Virus record (IMG/VR): IMGVR_UViG_3300044829_000002
Location: 12,916-76,915 of that record
DNA: 64,000 bases
From: a virus
Taxonomy: Duplodnaviria; Caudoviricetes
Strand: one strand, 5' to 3'
Under the pieces are notes generated by a model that did not search any database, was not told where the DNA came from, and worked only from the letters and a program-made list of their open reading frames with translations. Positions within the stretch are counted from its first letter, which is position 1. Every line of letters starts with the position of its first letter. The position numbers and the translations under genes were made by a program. Below are positions 8,008 to 15,802 of the stretch, one piece after another.

Positions 8008-8687
8008 GAACTCTTGTTCAGGTAGGGCTTAAACAGCGCTAACCATTGCCGTTCCAGAGTGAACGCTGCGGCCCTGTCCGCGCATTGGTGCGCTTGCCAG
8101 CGAGAGAATCGCTTACCCGAGTTTTGATGACTGCGCATTCGATCTACGAACTGTGCCGTGCTACCCACGTAGCACGGCACGTTGTCGGGGTCGTACAGCA
8201 AGTAAACGACAGGGACGCCACCTCTAGGACGCGGTGCTCCGGTCGGCAAAGGGTAGTCGCCCTGCCATGAGTCAGCGTCCTGGCCGTTGGGTACGAACAT
8301 TGCCGCGTACCGGAGCTGGTTCCCGCCAACCGGCATGTGCGCGTTCCAGCGTGTCGCGTGGCCGGTAACTGCGATGTGGCGATATTGCTCGTAGTGGTCG
8401 GCCAGATCCAAGATCCCGATCTTGCCAGCGTTAAACAGTCGGGCCAGCGCGAATAGATATTGTTCCTCGGCTTCGAGCTGTAATCCTTTGAGCTGGTCGC
8501 GCTTACGATTTAGGAACTCAATGTGTTGCAGTGACGCTGCACAGGCATCTACTGGCCCGTCATCGGCTGCGGTTGCTAGAGTGTGCACAGCTTCACCTAC
8601 CCCTACTAGGTCGGAGTTAGACGGCGGCAACCTGTCCCAAGGTTCCGCCGTCGTCTTACGTTCGGACCTAGAACGTAGCAGCCTCAC
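8004..8687 (-). CDS. GIY-YIG nuclease domain protein
   Basis: C-terminal VVYLLYD..NVPCYVGST...RMRSH...ERQWLALFKPYLN. Confidence 0.7.
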   Translation of the reverse strand: MRLLRSRSERKTTAEPWDRLPPSNSDLVGVGEAVHTLATAADDGPVDACAASLQHIEFLNRKRDQLKGLQLEAEEQYLFALARLFNAGKIGILDLADHYEQYRHIAVTGHATRWNAHMPVGGNQLRYAAMFVPNGQDADSWQGDYPLPTGAPRPRGGVPVVYLLYDPDNVPCYVGSTAQFVDRMRSHQNSGKRFSRWQAHQCADRAAAFTLERQWLALFKPYLNKSS

Positions 8688-8732
8688 ACGACGAATGCGC
8701 GTGAGGCTGCGTACGACTTTCTTAACCCGCTC

Positions 8733-8990
8733 TTAGCGGTTGAGCCAGTCCGGCCGGACTTCGGGGCAGTGATGCCGATCGTGCCCGCCGCCGTGCAATA
8801 GCTGGCCGCTGGCGAACTCGTGCGCCATGTGGCGGATCGACCGGCGCACAGCATGAGCACCCTCGATCCGGTACGTGCCACCGGGCACGATCTCGGCGTC
8901 GAGCATCGCGCCGCGTAGCTGAATGACCGGGTCGGCACAACTCGGGCACGGCACAACTGCCGGTCGCGTGAGTGTTGCGTTACGGTTCAT
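8733..8990 (-). CDS. hypothetical protein with CxxC/HxC motifs
   Basis: CPSC...HHCP; ATG at 8990. Confidence 0.5.
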   Translation of the reverse strand: MNRNATLTRPAVVPCPSCADPVIQLRGAMLDAEIVPGGTYRIEGAHAVRRSIRHMAHEFASGQLLHGGGHDRHHCPEVRPDWLNR

Positions 8991-9031
8991 GATTTCAGTG
9001 TAGAGCCAGGCACGACAGAACGTCCATTCGA

Positions 9032-9442
9032 TTAACTGCCTGGCGGGTTCAGGTGATTGTCGGCCAGCAACACCCGCGCATGTGTCACCGAGATATGCAG
9101 CATTTCCGATATGGCTGTAGGGGTAAACCCCTCGACGGTCAACTCGGCGGCAGCGATGTGCAACTCCTGGCCCGTACATGTCACCGGGTCGCCTTTCTTG
9201 CGTCGCTCTATCGCGGTCTCGTCCACGATCGCCTCGTTGGCTTCCTTCGCTGCTATTTTCTGAGCAATAATCGCCTTACGTAACATGCTTTTCGGCAGCG
9301 TCTCATGGCACCGCATGCAGAACCGGCCAGGCTGATTCGGGTAGACGATGGTGTCAAGCACGTCTTGGATGATGTGTCCGCGCAGACACTTGCCGTCGTA
9401 CCAGACGTCCACGAGCGGCACGGGATGCATTCCTATAGGCAT
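9032..9442 (-). CDS. hypothetical protein with C-terminal HTH-like region
   Basis: VDETAIERRKKG...ELTVEGFTPTAISEMLHIS; N-terminal CxxGH and CxxC. Confidence 0.55.
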   Translation of the reverse strand: MPIGMHPVPLVDVWYDGKCLRGHIIQDVLDTIVYPNQPGRFCMRCHETLPKSMLRKAIIAQKIAAKEANEAIVDETAIERRKKGDPVTCTGQELHIAAAELTVEGFTPTAISEMLHISVTHARVLLADNHLNPPGS

Positions 9443-9448
9443 GATGGA

Positions 9449-10777
9449 CTACCCGAGTTTCGACGGATCGACCTTGATCGCCGCCATGATCTCTTCAATC
9501 GTGATGAACTTTGCCTCGACCCCGCCACCGGTGATCACGTCAACGGCGTCCATAGCGTGCTCGCCGTGTTTGTCGTTGAGTTGCTTGATCAACCCGCGCC
9601 GGATCTCCGAGTCTGGCTGCACCGTGCGAGCCTTCTCTGTGACCGGCTTGACCCTGTCGTTCAGGATCTCTCGCAGCTCGCGGATATTCACCTTGCGGAT
9701 CGGGATCTCCTCGCCGCCCATGCGCTCAGTCAGCACGTCCCGCGCCTTGTCGCCGAACTTCTCCACGAACGCGATCACCAGCCCGTGCCACACGTTGCTC
9801 GTCAGTTTCATGTCCGGCCGGTCACCGCTGTACTCGACCCCCTCATCGAATTTGGCGATGAACTCCTCGAACGTGCCAGGCTCGGCCTTGGGCTTGTCGG
9901 CTGACTTGCTCGGCTCGGGTTGCACGACGTCGGCTCGGGTGTGATCGTCGTCCGGCACGCTGGTCATCGTGTATGTCTGCGGCTCAGGTGTGCCGTCCAT
10001 CTGCTCCAACGCATCCGGGTCGAGATCCGTCCGCACAGTCTCGTCGCTGGCGATGCCCATTGCCAGTTGCGGGCTTGACGTCGGCGTGAACGACCACAGT
10101 CTGCGGACGGCTGTCTTGCGGCACATCGGCAGCTCAAATTTGCGCCACGGGTTGTCCGGCCCGCCGAATTTGTAGCCCGCCGAGTTGTCCCGTGCCTCCA
10201 GCGCGTCGTCATGGCCGATCGCCACCCAGCCGACGCCGGTAGAGCTGCGCGCAATGGCGTAGTGGATGATCGGCTCGCCACGCTTGCTGCGGTCCAAGAT
10301 CGGAATGTGATGCAAGCGCTCATCCAGGCCGAATTGAACCTCATGTTCCTCGTTGGAGAAAATCGTGCGCGCCGTGATCGTGACGCCAGAGCGGGCACCC
10401 AACTCGACCATTCCCCGATAACCGATGATCCATTGAGCCTCAGTGACGCGCTTTCGCTTGGACTCGTAAGGCAAAATCCAACCTTGCCCAAGAGAGGCCA
10501 CGTTGGGCCGCAGGTCGAGTTGCGCCGCTGTCATCAGCGCGCCGAGGAATGATTCCTGCGTGCATTCGATCAGCTTAGGCACGGTGCGAATGGCCGTGAT
10601 GCCGTCCCGGATGAGTCGCTTGGCCTCATGCTCACCCGGCATCGCATCCCGAAACGCCGGGAGCATCGCCTTGACCAGTTCGACCCGTTCGTCGGTTTTG
10701 CGTTTCAGCAGTCCAACCTCTTTATTTTGCGGAGCCGACATACCCACAGCAGCTCTCGCTCGATCCGTACCCGTCAT
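9449..10777 (-). CDS. recT: RecT-family ssDNA annealing protein with long C-terminal extension
   Basis: PKLIECTQESFLGALMTAAQLDLRP..LGQGWILPY...QWIIGYRGMVELGARSG; MCRKTAVRRL; downstream of YqaJ. Confidence 0.9.
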   Translation of the reverse strand: MTGTDRARAAVGMSAPQNKEVGLLKRKTDERVELVKAMLPAFRDAMPGEHEAKRLIRDGITAIRTVPKLIECTQESFLGALMTAAQLDLRPNVASLGQGWILPYESKRKRVTEAQWIIGYRGMVELGARSGVTITARTIFSNEEHEVQFGLDERLHHIPILDRSKRGEPIIHYAIARSSTGVGWVAIGHDDALEARDNSAGYKFGGPDNPWRKFELPMCRKTAVRRLWSFTPTSSPQLAMGIASDETVRTDLDPDALEQMDGTPEPQTYTMTSVPDDDHTRADVVQPEPSKSADKPKAEPGTFEEFIAKFDEGVEYSGDRPDMKLTSNVWHGLVIAFVEKFGDKARDVLTERMGGEEIPIRKVNIRELREILNDRVKPVTEKARTVQPDSEIRRGLIKQLNDKHGEHAMDAVDVITGGGVEAKFITIEEIMAAIKVDPSKLG

Positions 10778-11235
10778 TGTCTAGCCTCTCTCCGGTTGGC
10801 CTCGGTGATACTTTTGCACTTGCGACACTGCCTACGCGCTCGCCAGAGATAGACATTCTGCGGGTCGCCGAATGAATGTCCACGGATGCATTCGGCTTTA
10901 AGTGCGGGTCCGCTCCCTCGTCCTTTAGCGCGCATATCGGCGAGGTTGTCAGTCTGTGTATCTGCAAGCAGATGGTCATCAGCCCAGCAGTCAGGCACGT
11001 CGCAGCGGTGCATGATCACTGGCGTGCCTGATGGGATGGGGCCATGCCGTTCGATCCACGCGACGCGATGCACAAGTTCAGAGCAGTGATCATGATCCGT
11101 GCTGATCCTTCCGTAACCACGCTTATCGTGTTTGCCGGTAAAGATGAGACATGGCGTTTCGAGCGGGCCTGGCTCACCAAAAGATCTGTCGTAGAGCCGG
11201 TCAAGAATTAGGCGCGGCTTAACACCCCGCTTCAT
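10774..11235 (-). CDS. HNH homing endonuclease
   Basis: GYGRI...VHRVAW...IMHRCDVPDCW..DHL...TQTDN; CIRGH...CRKC. Confidence 0.85.
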   Translation of the reverse strand: MKRGVKPRLILDRLYDRSFGEPGPLETPCLIFTGKHDKRGYGRISTDHDHCSELVHRVAWIERHGPIPSGTPVIMHRCDVPDCWADDHLLADTQTDNLADMRAKGRGSGPALKAECIRGHSFGDPQNVYLWRARRQCRKCKSITEANRREARQ

Positions 11236-12305
11236 GAGTCCATGCCCTTCAAGTTCCAGCTACGCCGGTAGCGCAGGCCGGTCGGGAGTAAACCCGCATT
11301 GTCGGCCACCATCTTTTCCACGTCGATCTCGGTGACGTATCGCTCGACTCGATACCGCTCGGCCAGCTCGGCGTTGGCCTTGACCCAGCCCTTGTTCGTA
11401 CCGTCTATCACTCGTGATGCCCGCCACGTTGCGGCCAGCGTCCGGTCGGGCCATAACAGCTCCGTGCTTTCGCCGACCTGTGCTTGCAAATTGGCTTCGT
11501 CGTCAGCCAGTCGGGCTTTGAGTAGGTCGAGCACGCGCTTGCGGTTACGGATACGGTGCATCAGGTCGGCTTGCGAGCCGGTCAGCATGTGCTCTCGGCC
11601 TCGTTCGGGTTGCCCGTATTGCTGTTTGATGCCCTCGGCCGCTCGTCGGGTCGCGGTCGGCGGCACGTCCATGATCACATGCCGTCCCCAGAACTTGGCC
11701 GCAATCAACGCCATGTTGATCATGAGTTCCTCGTCGCGTTGCATCACGCGGTGAATGCTGCGATGCCGCGAGCCGTCCACCACGAAATGCACGTGATCCC
11801 GGCCTGTCGCGAATAGCTGCCATTGACCTTGGAACTGGAACGGCACCGGGATCTCCGGCGCGGTCAGATCGTCGCCCCACTCACGGTCATCGATCTGAGT
11901 CTTGGCCTCGATGATGCACCGGCCAGCGGGACACACGGACAGCCGGTCCAGGGTTGCCCCGGCGCGCTTGTACCGCTTGGATTGGATCAACCCGGCGCGG
12001 CGGATCTTGATCGGGAAGTCTGCGTAGCGGTTGAGCCAGTGCTGAATCGCCGCGTCCTCGTAGTCGAGCCCGTACGCCTGCTGGTCGTTGGTGTAGTCGA
12101 TGGAGCGGCCCGTCTTGTCGAGCCACACCGTGTACGCGTCGCCGTAGGTGGACACGCCCAGCAACGCGGCCATGTCGCTCGCGCACATCATGTTCTGTCG
12201 CAGATCCAGCCATGTGCCTCGGTGCTCGGTAACTGAGGATGCCGGAAGGATCTGGCGACCGTGTGGCAGTTGCCAGGGATGGTCGGGTAGTTGCGGTGCG
12301 CTCAT
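11232..12305 (-). CDS. YqaJ-like (lambda-exonuclease/RecE-type) recombination nuclease
   Basis: WLDLRQNMMCASDMAALLGVSTY...VWLDKTG; ATLDRL..IIEAKT; QGQWQLFATG; RBS GAGAGG. Confidence 0.9.
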   Translation of the reverse strand: MSAPQLPDHPWQLPHGRQILPASSVTEHRGTWLDLRQNMMCASDMAALLGVSTYGDAYTVWLDKTGRSIDYTNDQQAYGLDYEDAAIQHWLNRYADFPIKIRRAGLIQSKRYKRAGATLDRLSVCPAGRCIIEAKTQIDDREWGDDLTAPEIPVPFQFQGQWQLFATGRDHVHFVVDGSRHRSIHRVMQRDEELMINMALIAAKFWGRHVIMDVPPTATRRAAEGIKQQYGQPERGREHMLTGSQADLMHRIRNRKRVLDLLKARLADDEANLQAQVGESTELLWPDRTLAATWRASRVIDGTNKGWVKANAELAERYRVERYVTEIDVEKMVADNAGLLPTGLRYRRSWNLKGMDS

Positions 12306-12364
12306 CGCGGGGCCTCTCTTGTCGGGGTGACTGAACGATTGCACGGGGGTGTGACAGTTCTCAT

Positions 12365-12383
12365 TGTCGCATCCAGTGCGACA
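12365..12383. promoter_or_regulatory. palindromic operator TGTCG-N9-CGACA
   Basis: tgtcg catccagtg cgaca about 60 bp upstream of the YqaJ start. Confidence 0.7.
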
Positions 12384-12490
12384 CGAGCGCAATTCGTTGT
12401 TAGGGCAGTCCGTTAGTATCCGTAGCAGCCGGTCGTGCGGGTCCGGCTTCCCGTCCGCTCCGGGTGCTCCGGGTGTCCAGGGTGGACGGT

Positions 12491-12538
12491 GTGATCCCGC
12501 CGACTGGTCCGGTGCGCGGAGTCAGTCGGCGGGATCAC
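12491..12538 (-). terminator. 16-bp perfect stem hairpin at the end of the structural operon
   Basis: gtgatcccgccgactg-N16-cagtcggcgggatcac, 60 bp downstream of the GT4 stop. Confidence 0.7.
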
Positions 12539-12597
12539 TGCCGTTCGGGGAAGCCCTCAGATCAATTCTGCGGCGCTCGACTCTGTTGCCGCGCTAG

Positions 12598-13818
12598 TCA
12601 CACGCGAGTGCTGGCGTTGCTCAGGGAGCCACTGAGTTGGCCGTCGCCATGTCGATCCTCGCGTGATCCATTGCCGAGTTCAGCAGCCGCAGCGCATTTG
12701 CGAGTGCCCTGCGCTATCTGATAGGCGTCATTCCATGCCTCCCAATAAACGTCCGCGTGATCTCGCAGGCGCAATTGCTCGGCAACGTCGCGGCCAGCAG
12801 CGGACAACTCGGCCCGCAGCCCCGCATCACGGACAAGTCGCGTCAGTTGTTCGTGCCATTGCTTGGCGCTGCCAGCCAGCAACCCAGCGCCCATGTCGTG
12901 CAGCCGTTTGTATTCAGCACGCGGGGACGCGACCCAAGGCACGCCGCACGCTGACATTTCGAGTGGCTTTAAATGAGACTTACGTGCGTTAAAGGTCGTA
13001 TCGGCCAACGGAGCGATGCCGACTCCGATGGTGGCAACAGCGTCCGGCCAGCGCAGCAGCGACACCTTCCCGGCCGCTGGCGGATCGGCAGTCAGGCCGA
13101 ACGCCTTGCCGACACCGATCGCGTCCTCACCGAACCCGAGAAACGACGCGCTCCTGTTCTCAGCCAGCACGCGGCGCAGCGCCGAGCCGACAATCTCCGG
13201 GTCATGCGGATGTGAATGCAGCACGGCAGGCCAGCCGATCATGGTCGAGTCGCGCCGCTCGTGACCGTAGTAATGATCGGCCAGATAGTTGGGCAGCACA
13301 CGCCCCGGCTTGCCGTCGCGTGCGTAGCGATGCAACAACCCCGATGTCGAGACTGTGACCAGCGTGGCATCCCGGCATGCCCGCAACAGGTTCTCCCATG
13401 TGTGCGGCACCGGCTGAATCGCATTCAGCCGTTCCACCATCGCCGCTAGCTGTGGCCCGCGATAGCCCTGACGCAGCAGCGACTCTCGATGCATGTCCGG
13501 GTGAACCAGCAGCCACGCCGCATTGTCCGGGTCGATTGAGGACAGATCGTCATCCACATCAACCACGCAGGCCACGCCGCGTTCAGCCAGCAGCGCGGGC
13601 ACTTGGCACAGCAGCCGATGCGTCGGCCGTTGCAGCACGATCACGTCGGTGCCGTCGGGCACGGTCACGTCCGTGACGACATCACCGGTTACTTCGATGG
13701 TGAGTTTGCCGTCGGCGATAACGACGTCATGACCTTGTGCCGCTAATGTCTGTCCAGGCCATATCAGCCTGTGATGTCCACACCCGTACGAATCGGCCGG
13801 ATACAGCACTACGCGCAC
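12598..13818 (-). CDS. glycosyltransferase, GT-B fold (GT4-like)
   Basis: GCGHHRLIWP, VIVLQRP, VVDVDDD, GIAPLADTTFNARKSHLKPLEMSACGVPWVASP. Confidence 0.85.
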   Translation of the reverse strand: MRVVLYPADSYGCGHHRLIWPGQTLAAQGHDVVIADGKLTIEVTGDVVTDVTVPDGTDVIVLQRPTHRLLCQVPALLAERGVACVVDVDDDLSSIDPDNAAWLLVHPDMHRESLLRQGYRGPQLAAMVERLNAIQPVPHTWENLLRACRDATLVTVSTSGLLHRYARDGKPGRVLPNYLADHYYGHERRDSTMIGWPAVLHSHPHDPEIVGSALRRVLAENRSASFLGFGEDAIGVGKAFGLTADPPAAGKVSLLRWPDAVATIGVGIAPLADTTFNARKSHLKPLEMSACGVPWVASPRAEYKRLHDMGAGLLAGSAKQWHEQLTRLVRDAGLRAELSAAGRDVAEQLRLRDHADVYWEAWNDAYQIAQGTRKCAAAAELGNGSREDRHGDGQLSGSLSNASTRV

Positions 13819-13979
13819 TATGACACCTTGGCTGGCGGCGTCGGCTTCCCGGCAGGCTTAACATCCGCTTTCACCGTCTCAGGCTTAGCCTCGGCCGTCT
13901 TGTGCTCGTGCGCCTCCAGAGCCTTGACCCGCTTCTCCAACGCGGCCAGCCGGTCGAGTGCGATTTCCAGATGAGACAT
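13818..13979 (-). CDS. small coiled-coil/Lys-Pro-rich protein (53 aa)
   Basis: MSHLEIALDRLAALEKRVKALEAHEH...; stop abuts the GT4 start; RBS GAAGGGA. Confidence 0.55.
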   Translation of the reverse strand: MSHLEIALDRLAALEKRVKALEAHEHKTAEAKPETVKADVKPAGKPTPPAKVS

Positions 13980-13994
13980 GATCCATTCCCTTCG

Positions 13995-14669
13995 CTAAAC
14001 AGCAGCTACATGCACCATTGAATATTCGTTCGTAGCGACCACTGTATTGACCGCCCCTCCCGATGACTGCTGACCGGCCACCGAGATCACGTCAGCCGCA
14101 GCGCACAACACCGGAATCATCGGACACAGCACATCAGCGGGACCGCTGCCGCCAACACCGTTGAACCCGGCCGTCACCTTGCTGCCGTTGATCCCGACAC
14201 CGTTTTTCAGCAGGATCGCACTGTGCTGGCCCGCTGTCGCCGGTAGACAGAACAGGCCGGTTATGTTGTACACCCCGGCGACGGGTATGACGATGCCTGC
14301 CGTGGTCACCGTCATCCCTTGGCTCACGTCAGCCGTACCGGACCATGTGATGTTGGTGAACGAGCCAGCTCCCGCGTTCGGGATCGACTGCGTGGTGGTT
14401 TGCCGCATCATGGCGTAGAAGGTTGCGCGGGCACCTATCCATGTGGCGTCCACAGTGTCGCTGCCGAGCACGTAATGATCAGGACCGACAGACAGCAGTG
14501 TGACCGTGTCACCGATGACAGGAATGTATGAACTCAGGTACGGCAAATCCACATCGGTGGACGTGTCGCCGCCGATCTGCACCGTCACCGCTGGAGGCGA
14601 GCCAGCAACCAGCGCTGTGACCACAGCTCGACGGCGGTCAGCGTTCAGCGGGCGACTCTCGCTCGACAT
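13995..14669 (-). CDS. minor tail protein (OB-like N-terminus, C1q/TNF-like C-terminus)
   Basis: PYLSSYIPVIGDTV N-terminus; IPVAGVYNIT...LCAAADVISV C-terminus; last in the tail operon. Confidence 0.6.
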   Translation of the reverse strand: MSSESRPLNADRRRAVVTALVAGSPPAVTVQIGGDTSTDVDLPYLSSYIPVIGDTVTLLSVGPDHYVLGSDTVDATWIGARATFYAMMRQTTTQSIPNAGAGSFTNITWSGTADVSQGMTVTTAGIVIPVAGVYNITGLFCLPATAGQHSAILLKNGVGINGSKVTAGFNGVGGSGPADVLCPMIPVLCAAADVISVAGQQSSGGAVNTVVATNEYSMVHVAAV

Positions 14670-15802
14670 GTGATCACCTGCGCTCCGTCACTAGCTCGCA
14701 TCCCTAGCGGGAAGGAGTCGGCTATCAGGTTCCAATCGATGCCCTGATCGGGGTCGGTCACCCGGATCACATCCCCAGATTCAAGCGCATAGTTCGGGAT
14801 CACCGGCACGGTGAGAATGTCGGGGATGCCGAGCTGCCGTCTCAGGGAAGTTCTGGCAGCGAGCACACACTGAGTGTTGCTCGTCATCAGCGGCGAGGAC
14901 TCGAACGCCACCCGCACACCGACACGGGCAGCGTAGGTCAACGACTCAGGGTTGTCATCCTGCGCGTAGCCACGGAACGGCGCGGACGGCGACATGGCCG
15001 ACTCACATGTGAACACCACCGCGTTGATATAGGAACCCGCGTCCAGGGAACGGGTCGGCCGCATCATCGTTGACGCCTCACCGGGCGCGTAGATCATCAC
15101 AGGGTCGTCGTCGGTGCTCGACTCGGCTTGCCCGACGAACGTCCCCATCGGATCGACATACAGTTGCCAGCCTGCGGCCAGCGCCAGGTTGTGCGCTGCA
15201 TCCTGCACCGAGTCCTGCTCCGCGTAAAGCTGCGTGTGCGGCAACAGCAGATCGGTGTCGGGAATATTCACGGACACGTGCCCGACAGGGACACCTGAGT
15301 TGATGAACCGCAGCAAAGCCGTGTTGTACGGAGTACCGGTCAGCACCTTCGTGGCGATCGGGAATCGGTCAAGGAACCACATCCGGTCATAACCCGAGAT
15401 CGACAGTTGCGGGTAAGTCCCCTCCACCTTCGTCACAACCAGAGTTGCCAGCGGCACGTACTCATATTCAGGCTGGCCCACTTGCTGATTCACGTCCCAA
15501 TATTTCAGGCCGATCCACGGCCTGATCTCGGTGTCCATGTATGCGAACAGGTCGCCGACCTCATCCGGGAACAGTTGGCCGGACACGTCAAGGAAGTTGA
15601 TCGTTCCCGAACGGCGCACCGACGTCCGGTCCACCTGAATCGACCCGCCGAGAGTCGAAACGACCGCGCCCGAATCGGGGTCCGTGATCGACGTGCCGTC
15701 AATGGTGGCGACCACTTGCCCGCCTTGCAGAATCTCGACGTAAGCCAACTGTGTGTGAGGCTTAGCCACCGACTCCAAATAGCGATCCGAAACTCCCCAC
15801 AT
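14645..15802 (-). CDS. minor tail protein (DUF5047-like hub)
   Basis: VRRSGTINF...LSISGYDRM...GWQLYVDPMG...NAVV...LESGDVIRV; follows the large minor tail gene. Confidence 0.7.
   Translation of the reverse strand: MWGVSDRYLESVAKPHTQLAYVEILQGGQVVATIDGTSITDPDSGAVVSTLGGSIQVDRTSVRRSGTINFLDVSGQLFPDEVGDLFAYMDTEIRPWIGLKYWDVNQQVGQPEYEYVPLATLVVTKVEGTYPQLSISGYDRMWFLDRFPIATKVLTGTPYNTALLRFINSGVPVGHVSVNIPDTDLLLPHTQLYAEQDSVQDAAHNLALAAGWQLYVDPMGTFVGQAESSTDDDPVMIYAPGEASTMMRPTRSLDAGSYINAVVFTCESAMSPSAPFRGYAQDDNPESLTYAARVGVRVAFESSPLMTSNTQCVLAARTSLRRQLGIPDILTVPVIPNYALESGDVIRVTDPDQGIDWNLIADSFPLGMRASDGAQVITCRARVAR

Noticed and set aside
10725-12305. MSAPQ appears at the YqaJ start and near the RecT start
   Set aside because: Only 5 aa with different codons and no further similarity; likely chance or an N-terminal bias.
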